Shown in pieces: positions 1 to 9,423 of a stretch of DNA of 64,000 nt. How positions within the stretch are numbered: the stretch's first letter is position 1; every line of letters begins with the position of its first letter. Both the position numbers and the translations under genes were made by a program. The stretch covers positions 43,754 to 107,753 of the forward strand of contig NTJQ01000003.1 in the NCBI GenBank assembly GCA_002457555.1, in the 5' to 3' direction. The DNA comes from Marine Group II euryarchaeote MED-G37 (GTDB lineage: Archaea; Thermoplasmatota; Poseidoniia; Poseidoniales; Thalassarchaeaceae). Under the pieces are notes generated by a model. That model worked only from the letters and a program-made list of their open reading frames with translations, had not been told where the DNA came from and did no database searches.

Positions 1-1639
1 CACTGTCACTGTAACCGTCACCATCATCATCTAGGTCAGCATTTCCTCCAATTCCATCTCCGTCAGTATCATTCCATTCGTAAGGGTCGAGTGGGAATGC
101 ATCCTCGGAATTGATAACCCCATCTCCATCATCATCAACATCTAATGCATCACATGTTCCGTCTCCATCAGAATCTACAGGGACATCATTTACGTCGAGC
201 GGGTCGGATCCACAATCTTGTTCGTATTGGTCAAGATGCCCATCTCCGTCATCATCGTTGTCTGAATTATCGCCTTGGCCATCTCCATCCGTATCTGTGT
301 CCTCATTAGCGTCTAATGGAAAAGCGTCTGCAGAATCGTCTACACCGTCACCATCATCGTCAGTATCTGCATTATTTCCGACCCCATCACCATCGGTATC
401 AGTATCTTCATTCGGATCTAGAGGGAATGCATCATTGGAGTCATCAATTCCATCTCCATCATCGTCTGAATCTAATCCATCACATGTTCCATCACTATCT
501 GTGTCGGCTGGAATACTCGTCGCATCAACCGGGTCTGATCCACAATCATTCTCTAACGAATCACTGTAAGAATCTCCATCATCATCATCATCTGCATTAT
601 TGCCGATTCCATCTCCATCAGTGTCCGTATCTTCGTTTGGATCTAATGGGAAATCATCGGCGGAATCATCGACTCCGTCGTTATCGTCATCAGCATCCGC
701 GTTATCTCCAATTCCGTCTCCATCATTATCCGCCCATTCACTGGCATCGAGAGGGAATGCATCGTTGACATCTAGGTAGCCATCATTATCATCATCATCA
801 TCTTCTATCAATGTGGTAGTGGTTCCGCTTCCTGAATTAGCACTTGTGAATGTCACATTATCGAAATATACTGATTCCGATTGTGAATTACAATTTAATT
901 CAAATTCTAAATTACCTTGCCCAAGAGAGCTAATGTTTGAACTAAAACTAGTCCATATTCCCATGTAAGAGATAAAACCGCCGTTATTGCTGGAACCAGT
1001 TGCGCCGGAGACATTTAGCAGTTCAACTGTCGACGAACTTCCAACGAATCTGATAATTAAGTTGTCTGCGGCTTCGTAACTATTGCCCGATCCACCTTGG
1101 ACAAAAATATCGAAAGTAACAAAATCGGCGGTAACATCGTCAAGAGTTAGCGTGCTAATTCCATCTACATCACCCATCTGGTATCCTTGAGTACCATCGG
1201 TGTAATTTCCTACTGTGCCTGCGTAGTTTGCAGTTCCAAAGTAGTCACCATCGGTAAGCCCTACACTCCCTGTAGATGTGTAAAACATGGTGAAACCCAT
1301 TTCGTTTCCAGTTGTCTGATTGTGTGCCACATGAGGCTCATCGACATTATTCCAAAGGAAGTAATCCGACAGTCCGTCTCCTGTGTCGAAATACTTTGAA
1401 CCGTTAGTAAATGGATCTTCAAATGATGTATAGGCTACTGTTCCCGAACTGCCAGGGCAGCTGATTGTATCTGGCATTCCATCTCCGTCGGTATCGGTAT
1501 CTGCACATGGGTCATTAGGGAAGTCATCAGCAGAATCATTCACTCCATCTCCATCAGAATCTGTTGCCATTACATTTGGAACCCATGAAACCATGAGTAG
1601 GGCAATCAATAGTACGAGTGGCTTAGGGGTACTGGTCAT
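1..1639 (-). CDS. Secreted thrombospondin type-3 (DxDxDG) Ca-binding repeat protein, 3' end beyond window
   Basis: Not in the ORF track, presumably because it has no stop in the window. Manual translation from ATG 1639: MTSTPKPLVLLIALLMVSWVPNVMA (signal peptide), then TDSDGDGVNDSADDFPNDPCADTDTDGDGMPD and many DxDGDG/DAFPLD repeats toward position 1. The Ser/Pro-rich plus-strand ORFs here are its antisense shadows. Confidence 0.85.
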   Translation of the reverse strand, partial: MTSTPKPLVLLIALLMVSWVPNVMATDSDGDGVNDSADDFPNDPCADTDTDGDGMPDTISCPGSSGTVAYTSFEDPFTNGSKYFDTGDGLSDYFLWNNVDEPHVAHNQTTGNEMGFTMFYTSTGSVGLTDGDYFGTANYAGTVGNYTDGTQGYQMGDVDGISTLTLDDVTADFVTFDIFVQGGSGNSYEAADNLIIRFVGSSSTVELLNVSGATGSSNNGGFISYMGIWTSFSSNISSLGQGNLEFELNCNSQSESVYFDNVTFTSANSGSGTTTTLIEDDDDDNDGYLDVNDAFPLDASEWADNDGDGIGDNADADDDNDGVDDSADDFPLDPNEDTDTDGDGIGNNADDDDDGDSYSDSLENDCGSDPVDATSIPADTDSDGTCDGLDSDDDGDGIDDSNDAFPLDPNEDTDTDGDGVGNNADTDDDGDGVDDSADAFPLDANEDTDTDGDGQGDNSDNDDDGDGHLDQYEQDCGSDPLDVNDVPVDSDGDGTCDALDVDDDGDGVINSEDAFPLDPYEWNDTDGDGIGGNADLDDDGDGYSDS

Positions 1640-1746
1640 GTGTTCCGGAGTGTGGCTGGGATTGAAATAAATGACTACTGTGAATTCTTGTAATATAGAG
1701 CGACCTAGACCGTCATACTCTTTGACCGAGCGTTCAAGGATTGGAT

Positions 1747-3027
1747 ATGAATCCTAGAGAGCAGGTAGATGCGGTAATGCAAGCTAGTGCGTCTTCCGGT
1801 CGCCATTATCGCAATTCCATTCCTATGATTGCTAGCGAAAATATACTTTCTCCTTTGGTTGCGGAAGCCATTCAAGGAGACCTTCATGGTCGCTATGCAG
1901 AGGGTCTACCAGGTAAGCGATATTATCAGGGATGCGACGATTTTGATACTATCGAAAGCATCGGAATAGACTCTGCAAAACGGGTTTTTAATTGCCAATT
2001 CGCAAATATTCAATCAACTTCTGGAACGGTTTCTAACATGGGGGCCCTCAAGGCCTTGACGAAACCTGGTGATACAATTACGGCAGTTTCGACTGCAGAT
2101 GGGGGCCACATATCACACCACCCTATGGGTGCTGTGGGTATGAGAGGTCTCAATCTTGTCACCTATCCATGGGATGAGGAAAGGATGGAACCTGACGTAG
2201 ACGCGGCTTCAGCGATAATTCGTAGTGAGCAACCGGAACTATGTTTGTTCGGCCAATCAGTTATTCTGTTCCCTATTCAGTTACAAGAATTAGCCGATGT
2301 AGCTCACGAGGTAGGAGCTCGTGTGATGTATGATGGAGCCCATGTCTTGGGGCTAATCGCAGGCGGGGAATTTCAAGATCCACTTCGAGAAGGCGCCGAT
2401 GTCATGACAGGTTCAAGCCACAAGACTTTCCCAGGCCCTCAAGGGGGTTTTCTACTAAGTGATTCAGAGGAGGAATCATTGCAAAAGAAGCTCAACAATG
2501 CGATATTTCCAGGGGTCTGTTCATCATACCATCTTCACCATGTAGCAGGTAAAGTTGTGGCAATGGCAGAGTTTGAAGCTCATGGCAAACAGTACGCTCG
2601 AGATATAGTAGTCAACGCAAGAGCATTGGGTTCTGCTTTAGCTGAGGAGGGTTTTGATGTGATCGCTGAAGAACGAAATTTTACTGCGAGTCACCAAATA
2701 TTAACCCGTCATGGAGGACCTGATTCAGGCGCTGGAAAGAGAGCCGCCCAAAGGCTAGAAGATTGTGGAATTATTACCAATATGAACATGCTTCCTGGCG
2801 ACACTAAGGCAATGTCTGGCCCTAGTGGTTTGAGGCTTGGTACACCCGAGTTAACTCGAATTGGAATGGGTGCCAATGAAATGATAGATGTTGCAAAATT
2901 CTTTGCCAGGTCACTGTTATCAGAAGAAAATCCAGAACGTATCAAATCCGATATCGCTCAATTCAAATCCGAATTCCAAACAGTGAAATATGCAATTCAG
3001 GAAGGCCCTGCTTATCCTGAAATGTAA
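1747..3027 (+). CDS. glyA: Serine hydroxymethyltransferase (archaeal type)
   Basis: MIASEN, RYAEGLPGKRYYQG, YDGAHVLGLIAGG, PLP-lysine motif TGSSHKTFPGPQGG, SGLRLGT. ATG 1747 preferred over TTG 1741. Confidence 0.96.
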   Translation: MNPREQVDAVMQASASSGRHYRNSIPMIASENILSPLVAEAIQGDLHGRYAEGLPGKRYYQGCDDFDTIESIGIDSAKRVFNCQFANIQSTSGTVSNMGALKALTKPGDTITAVSTADGGHISHHPMGAVGMRGLNLVTYPWDEERMEPDVDAASAIIRSEQPELCLFGQSVILFPIQLQELADVAHEVGARVMYDGAHVLGLIAGGEFQDPLREGADVMTGSSHKTFPGPQGGFLLSDSEEESLQKKLNNAIFPGVCSSYHLHHVAGKVVAMAEFEAHGKQYARDIVVNARALGSALAEEGFDVIAEERNFTASHQILTRHGGPDSGAGKRAAQRLEDCGIITNMNMLPGDTKAMSGPSGLRLGTPELTRIGMGANEMIDVAKFFARSLLSEENPERIKSDIAQFKSEFQTVKYAIQEGPAYPEM

Positions 3028-3080
3028 TGGTAACATCGATTGGTTAGTATTTATCACGACCACCATAGGTGGTCGGACAT

Positions 3081-6000
3081 ATGAGGACAAAGGCCGCCAC
3101 GTCCGTCCTCCTCACAATGCTGATGCTATCATCAGGCTGTTTGGGTCTGTTCGGAGATTCATCCGTGGAGCCCGAGACCATTGATTGTGAAGTGCAACCA
3201 AATCATCCAGATTGTATTGAGGAACAGATAACGGAAGATGATTGTAGACCAGATCAAATCTTCACAGGATCCGAATGTCGTCAAATGCAAAAGCCAGAAA
3301 ATCTGTCTTATGGTTTGAGTATGGTATCTTTAACAATTGGAGAAGAAATGCAATCATTAACGCCTTCATTTACAGGGGATGGCCCTCAATTTTGGATAAT
3401 AAATCCGAGCCTTCCCTTAGGGATCATATTCGACAGAGATAGTGGAGTGATTTCAGGCACCTCCGAAGAAGTAAGTGAATCAATTAGATACACAATTATC
3501 GGGTCAAATGCAGTAGGTTCAACGAATGCATGGATTGACCTAGAGGTAATTGTGAATTCACCTACTGCAATCAGTTACCTAGAACAAACACTTGCTTGTG
3601 AGTTAGGCAAACCTTGTGGAATTTCCGCTCCAATTCACGAGGGAGGAACGCCCGAGGATTGGACGGTATACCCACAATTACCTAATGGAATTTCACTATT
3701 TGCCGACGGCTCAATTTCTGGAACCTCTAATCAATTGGGTGATTCTAACCATACAATAAGCGCCGCAAATATGGCAGGTTCAATTGAAACTACAATACGA
3801 ATAATCATTCTCCACGAAACTCCAATGGGGTTAGGGTATGGAAGTAACAATTTGCAACTTAGTATAGGTGATGAGGTACAGGTAATCCCTTCTACTACGG
3901 GCGGAGAAATCGTCTCATGGTCTGTAGAGCCGCCATTCCCTGAGGGACTCAATTTAATGCAAATTGATGGTTCAATTCGTGGCTCGCCAACAGAGGTTCA
4001 GACCCTAACCATGCATAGGATTACGGCTTCTAACTCAGGTGGTTCGATTTCCGTTGATGTTCTAATCAGTGTTGCCGATATGCCTGTGTCAAACTTGTTA
4101 TACAATCCTTGGGAACATGATTTAAGAATTGGAGAACAGATTTCTATTACACCGTCATATTCTGGAGGGACACCCGATTCATGGCAAATATCCCCTAGCC
4201 TACCTTCAGGATTCCAATTCAATTCAGCTAATGGTACAATTTCCGGAGTCGCCAGTGAAGTACAATCATCTTGGGAATCTTGGACAATCTGGGCGAACAA
4301 TACCGGAGGATCAACATCTACTATTTTCAAAATCAAAGTTACCAGCATGGCTCCTGACCTGATATCATGGGAAAATAATGAGTATATTCTAGAATCTAAT
4401 CAGAGTATCTTTATTCAAGCAAATAACGATGGTCCGGAAATCGAATCTTGGGAAATCGAACCACAACTTCCAGACGGCCTCAATCTTCTTGATAATGGCA
4501 GTATCTTTGGCACGCCAACACACAATACTAATTGGATAGAGTATACCGTTTGGGCAAATAATTCTGGAGGGTCAGTGGGTCTTAATCTTTGGATTGTGGT
4601 TCATGATTTGAGGGCGGATCAAGAGGAATTGTTACGCGGAATGGGGCAAACCAATTGGGGTGGCTGGCCATCTCCAATTCTACCAATTGGAGAGTGGTCT
4701 TTTCCCGTTGGATTTGCTGAAGGTGGCTATACAGATAGTATCCCAGTTATCTCTGCGAGTCATGTTGGTAGAGGCAAGATGCTAGGATATGGTCACGAAA
4801 GTTGGGTGGATGGCGCGGGAGTCGAAGAGACAGAATTCTCACTACGTGCTGTTGAGTGGGTTTGTGGTGAGAACGCGAACGTAGGTCTCGCCTATGGAGC
4901 AGGATTCGAAGACTTCGAAGACGAGTTACAAGCCGAAGGACACACAGTACATCTCTCAGTAACACCCGCGGACCTTACTGGAATAGACTGTCTATTGGAT
5001 GAATTTTGGAACGGGCACGACGACCAAGATAATCTGAATTTAATCAATTTCATGCTTGCAGGAGGTGGGCTAATAATGGGTGGTCACGCTTGGTATTGGT
5101 CATACTCAAATTCAGATGTGGCTCACAATTACCCCGGTAATAAGATTGCAAAAACTACCGGTCTTTTCGTCTCTCAGGCTTGGGGTTACAACAGTGTCAA
5201 TCTAACCGAAATCCCAAATCCTTTGGCGAGACCGCAATCCGCGATCCAAGCGATTTACGATGACCGCATAAATAACCAAAAACTCTCTATTAATGACGCT
5301 TCAATAGCCGATTCTACACTCTCGGTTTGTACTGGGGTTGTGAGTTTAGATTTCCATGATTTCTGGACTCCACTTCGAGATACAGTTAACGCAACAGGAT
5401 GGACAGTAATCGAATATGGGACTCTTTGGCAAAATGTTGGACATAACATCGGAAATGACCCAGTCGCCGACACGCTACTCAGGGTCGAGGCTGCGCTAAC
5501 ACAAGGGCTTCCAGCGAACGAATTACCAGCACATCCTAGCCATGTGGAATTTCCTGGCGAAGTGCCTGCAAATGCTACTAGAGTGACAACCACTGTTTCA
5601 GTCGATGGTAACCAAAGTGGCCTTCCGAGTAACTTTGGTTATGCGGGCGCTAGAGCTCATGTTAGGATGAGTACAGGACTATACGCAGCACCTGGAGAAG
5701 TTGTGACGGCAACGCTTCCTTCGGAAATAGTCGACTCAGGAACCTACGTCTTGGTAGGGGCCCATAGTGACAAGTTGTGGTCAAAGAGCCAATTACATCG
5801 CCATCCAGAGATTGTCAGATGGTGGTATGTTGATGATGTTAGTATGGAGGTTGGAAATGCCTTCGGGGGGCCGATTTACATTGCAATAGAACCGGGTTCT
5901 ACATTGGGCGATTTCCAAGTTAATTTCACAAATGCGGTAGAGGCCCCGATGTTTGTTCTTGGAGAGACTTACGATTTTGAGTGGATATATTCGGAAAGCG

Positions 6001-7082
6001 ATAATCCCGCTCCTTGGGCCGAATTGGTTTCGGATAATTTCATTATGACAGTTCCAAGTCATGAAATTCGGGATTTAACAAATCCAACAGATTTGATGGA
6101 CTGGTGGGATATTGCTCTAGAAATGGAGCATGAATTGTATGGCTTCTTACCGTGGCCAAGAGTTGAGCGAGCCGTCTTTGATGCTCAGATATCAGCAGGT
6201 TGGATGCATTCTGGATATCCATTCATGGCTCATGATTTGAGCGTAGCAGGAGTAGTCAATGTATCCTATATGTCAGAGAACGGAGATTGGGGGATGTTCC
6301 ACGAATTAGGACACAACCATCAATGGATGCCTTCCACGCTTCCGGGGACAACAGAAACTGGATGCAACTTTGCTAGTGTCTATCTGATGGAAGATTTGGT
6401 TGGAATTGAGGGTCACAACGCAGTTGACCCAGCTCAAAGAGCAAATCGTATGAGGGGCTATTTTGATGATGGTTCAAATATAGCCAATTGGTCTGTTTGG
6501 ACTGCCTTAGATACCTATTTGATAATCAAAGAAGAGTGGGGTTGGGATCCGATAACTCAAGCCTTAACTGTATATTACACACTACCTGCGGCAGAGGTTC
6601 CAACAACTGGTGATGAGGAATTCAATGCCTGGGTTTTGCATCTTTCAAATACAACGGGGTATAATTTAGCTCCTTATCATGCTGCGTGGGGATTCCCACT
6701 TACACAGAATACACACGATTCGCTTACCCATTTACCAATCTGGGTAGATGATCCGTTACGAGGAGAATATTTCACCTATCAAGCGATACTTCGAAACTTG
6801 GGTGTTAATAATACCACATCCAGCAGTTCAACATTTAGTTGGGAAACTTACGATAATGGGACAAATACCTCACTAACAGTTTACTACGGACCAATGGATA
6901 TGGGTAACCAATCTTGGGTTTGGGCCAATAGTGCATCCTTAGGCGACTCAGCAGTTGGTTGGTCAGATTACGAAATTACAGGCTTATCTAGTAATTCTAC
7001 GTACTACGCCAGAGTCAAGGCATCGAGTGAAATTGGAGACACTTGGTTCGGTCCTGTTAATTGGACTACATCCAGCAATTGA
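3081..7082 (+). CDS. Lipoprotein M60-family metallopeptidase (glycoprotease-like) with putative-Ig repeats and C-terminal Fn3-like domain
   Basis: Lipobox LSSGC. About five He_PIG-like repeats (W.i.P.LP.Gl......G.I.GT). M60 motifs STGLYAAPGE, APWAEL, AGWMHSGYP, WGMFHELGHN (HExxH) and downstream TTETGCN Glu. Confidence 0.9.
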   Translation: MRTKAATSVLLTMLMLSSGCLGLFGDSSVEPETIDCEVQPNHPDCIEEQITEDDCRPDQIFTGSECRQMQKPENLSYGLSMVSLTIGEEMQSLTPSFTGDGPQFWIINPSLPLGIIFDRDSGVISGTSEEVSESIRYTIIGSNAVGSTNAWIDLEVIVNSPTAISYLEQTLACELGKPCGISAPIHEGGTPEDWTVYPQLPNGISLFADGSISGTSNQLGDSNHTISAANMAGSIETTIRIIILHETPMGLGYGSNNLQLSIGDEVQVIPSTTGGEIVSWSVEPPFPEGLNLMQIDGSIRGSPTEVQTLTMHRITASNSGGSISVDVLISVADMPVSNLLYNPWEHDLRIGEQISITPSYSGGTPDSWQISPSLPSGFQFNSANGTISGVASEVQSSWESWTIWANNTGGSTSTIFKIKVTSMAPDLISWENNEYILESNQSIFIQANNDGPEIESWEIEPQLPDGLNLLDNGSIFGTPTHNTNWIEYTVWANNSGGSVGLNLWIVVHDLRADQEELLRGMGQTNWGGWPSPILPIGEWSFPVGFAEGGYTDSIPVISASHVGRGKMLGYGHESWVDGAGVEETEFSLRAVEWVCGENANVGLAYGAGFEDFEDELQAEGHTVHLSVTPADLTGIDCLLDEFWNGHDDQDNLNLINFMLAGGGLIMGGHAWYWSYSNSDVAHNYPGNKIAKTTGLFVSQAWGYNSVNLTEIPNPLARPQSAIQAIYDDRINNQKLSINDASIADSTLSVCTGVVSLDFHDFWTPLRDTVNATGWTVIEYGTLWQNVGHNIGNDPVADTLLRVEAALTQGLPANELPAHPSHVEFPGEVPANATRVTTTVSVDGNQSGLPSNFGYAGARAHVRMSTGLYAAPGEVVTATLPSEIVDSGTYVLVGAHSDKLWSKSQLHRHPEIVRWWYVDDVSMEVGNAFGGPIYIAIEPGSTLGDFQVNFTNAVEAPMFVLGETYDFEWIYSESDNPAPWAELVSDNFIMTVPSHEIRDLTNPTDLMDWWDIALEMEHELYGFLPWPRVERAVFDAQISAGWMHSGYPFMAHDLSVAGVVNVSYMSENGDWGMFHELGHNHQWMPSTLPGTTETGCNFASVYLMEDLVGIEGHNAVDPAQRANRMRGYFDDGSNIANWSVWTALDTYLIIKEEWGWDPITQALTVYYTLPAAEVPTTGDEEFNAWVLHLSNTTGYNLAPYHAAWGFPLTQNTHDSLTHLPIWVDDPLRGEYFTYQAILRNLGVNNTTSSSSTFSWETYDNGTNTSLTVYYGPMDMGNQSWVWANSASLGDSAVGWSDYEITGLSSNSTYYARVKASSEIGDTWFGPVNWTTSSN

Positions 7083-7085
7083 AAA

Positions 7086-8141
7086 TCAATTACTTACTCT
7101 TCTTAGTAACTCTTCGAGGCTTAATTTTGGACAGTAGCGCTGGTGTAAATTAGCGACAGGAATCCAGATTAGTGTATGTGCAAATGTGACAATAAAAGCC
7201 TCGGGAACAGATAAAAGTGGTTTATTCATCATGTATTCTGCAGCAACCCCGAGAATCGCAAAGTGAAGGACGTAGATGGTCAAAGTTAGGCGTCCAGAAG
7301 CTTCTAACACACTCAAATCAATTAGTCTATTCTTGGAATTTCGCAGGAGTAATTCGTTTGCAATAAGAACGAACATTGCAGTTATGAAAATGAAGAATGT
7401 TGTTGCGGGGAAGAATGTCAAAATCGCATCACCTTCGGTTAGTGCCCAAACCTTTCCTGAAGTAAATGACAGCCCTATACTAACCAAAAATATAATTCCA
7501 CCTATTGCCATTATGTTCTTTCTAGTTTCAAAATCATTTTCAGATTCTGCAATTATTGCGCCTAAAGTCGAAAACGCTAACCACGGAAAAACAGGGTACG
7601 TTCCATTGACTAAGAGCCGGTGACTCCATTCTCCAATCCCCGTAGAATCAACCCTTGAGGCCCAAGATGATTCAGAACCATTGTATTCTCCAAGAAGTAG
7701 TGGAGTTAGCGCTAGTAACGAAAAAATTGCAACTAATTGCTTACTAGTAAATCGAGAAATTACGGGGGCGAAAACAGCAGCGATTGCAATTAGGGTTAGA
7801 ACACCTGGAGTGTGCCATTCAAATCTCCCACCTCGGTCAATAGCAAGTAGAAAATTGACAAGAAATTGACAAGCAGTTAGAATTACTACTCGTGGTAAAA
7901 CCCAATTTATCCAAGCGGTGGAATTTAGGCCATTGGCAAATCTTTTCTTAGCCCCACGATGCATTCCCCAACCTGAAACAGTAACGAATAGTGGAGCGGC
8001 CATGCCTCCAAATGCAGCAGCAACGAATGCGGCGGGATGGCCAACAGTGATTCCTTCAGGAGGCAAAATTGCTGCTGTGTGAACTTCGACCATGAAGAGA
8101 ATTGCAACCGCTTTCATTTGATCGATATAACCTAATCTCAT
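7086..8141 (-). CDS. Multi-pass membrane protein, HGSNAT-catalytic/DUF1624 acyltransferase-like family
   Basis: N-terminal RLGYIDQMKAVAILFMVEVH, AAPLFVTVSG, YPVFPWLAF, GRLTLTIYVLH; about 10 hydrophobic segments. Start ATG 8141 chosen because GGGTGA (RBS) overlaps the upstream stop. Confidence 0.7.
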   Translation of the reverse strand: MRLGYIDQMKAVAILFMVEVHTAAILPPEGITVGHPAAFVAAAFGGMAAPLFVTVSGWGMHRGAKKRFANGLNSTAWINWVLPRVVILTACQFLVNFLLAIDRGGRFEWHTPGVLTLIAIAAVFAPVISRFTSKQLVAIFSLLALTPLLLGEYNGSESSWASRVDSTGIGEWSHRLLVNGTYPVFPWLAFSTLGAIIAESENDFETRKNIMAIGGIIFLVSIGLSFTSGKVWALTEGDAILTFFPATTFFIFITAMFVLIANELLLRNSKNRLIDLSVLEASGRLTLTIYVLHFAILGVAAEYMMNKPLLSVPEAFIVTFAHTLIWIPVANLHQRYCPKLSLEELLRRVSN

Positions 8142-8145
8142 GCAC

Positions 8146-9423
8146 TCACCCAATAATCTGAGAAATTCGAGATTCTACACTTACCTGCTCTATCGAGACC
8201 GAAAAAGCAGAGGATATTTTCTCCGACAAACCATCAGGCAATTCCTTGCGATGATAAATTACAATCAATGGGTCACCAATCTCGACTTCATCACCAACTT
8301 GGGCTTCTATAATCGCCCCGACAGCATGGTCTACGCTGTCTGTCAGAGTTTTCCTACCTGAGCCCAATTCGAGACAGGCGAGTGCAATTGACATCGCATC
8401 AATATCCTTAATCCATCCTTTTTTCTCAATGTAAATCTCGGTTGAAAATAAATCATCTTCTAGTAGGCCCAGTGAACTTAGCATAGCGTGGTCGCTTGCA
8501 AAGTCATCACGATTACCTCCTTGAGATTCGACCATATCTAGGAATTTTGTGAAAGCGCTACCATCATTCAAAGAATTATGAATCATTAATGCGCCTTCTT
8601 CCATGTTTTCGACAATCCCCGATGAAGCCAATAAAATCCCTGCCTGAACACAAACCAGTTCTTCAAGGTCATGCGGCCCACGACCACAGAGAGTTTCAAC
8701 AGATTCAACTATTTCGAGCGCATTTCCTACTGCGCAGCCTAATGGTTGATCCATGGTTGAAAGGACTACAGAAGTAGCAATACCCATCCCATTCGCTGCA
8801 TCTACCATCGATTGGGATAGCGCTTCGGCTTGTTCTCTTTCGGCCATGAATGCGGCTCTTCCATATTTTACGTCTAGAACCAAAGCCGAAAGTCCCTCAG
8901 CGGCCTTTTTCGATACGATTGAGGAGGTGATTAGTGGAATAGAAGCAACAGTACCTGTTACATCGCGGAGCGCGTACATGCGCCTATCGGCGGGAACTAG
9001 TGACTCCGTTTGTCCAACCATTGCAAATCCAATTTCTGCAACTTGTTTTTGAAGTTCATCTATGGATAGATCAACGCGGAAACCTGCTATACTTTCCAGT
9101 TTATCCAAAGTACCTCCAGTGTGCCCTAGGCCTCGCCCGGAAATCATCGGCACTTTGAGTCCACAAGCGGCCAGAGCGGGAGCTAAAACGATAGAGACCT
9201 TATCTCCAACCCCACCCGTTGAGTGCTTGTCAACAACTAGATGGCTCCAATCTTTTGGCCACGCCAAAACCTTTCCTGAATCCCTCATTGTTTTGGTAAG
9301 AAAGATTGTTGAGTTTTCATCGAGTCCGTTTTTGAATACATTTCGCAACCAATCGATGACCTGTTCATCACTAAGTGAACCATCGACAACTCCATTTACA
9401 ATATCAGCGATTAAATCGCTCAT
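8146..9423 (-). CDS. deoA: Thymidine / pyrimidine-nucleoside phosphorylase
   Basis: [56 protein letters not shown]. No N-terminal extension of archaeal AMP phosphorylase. Start overlaps the upstream stop (ATGA). Confidence 0.92.
   Translation of the reverse strand: [425 protein letters not shown]

Noticed and set aside
111-768. Ser/Pro-rich and His-rich plus-strand ORFs
   Set aside because: Antisense shadows of the Asp/Gly repeats (GAT/GGA codons) of the real minus-strand gene.
8146-9423. Archaeal AMP phosphorylase (RuBisCO-linked pathway)
   Set aside because: No N-terminal extension and the motifs are TP/PyNP type; no ribose-1,5-bisphosphate isomerase or RuBisCO nearby.
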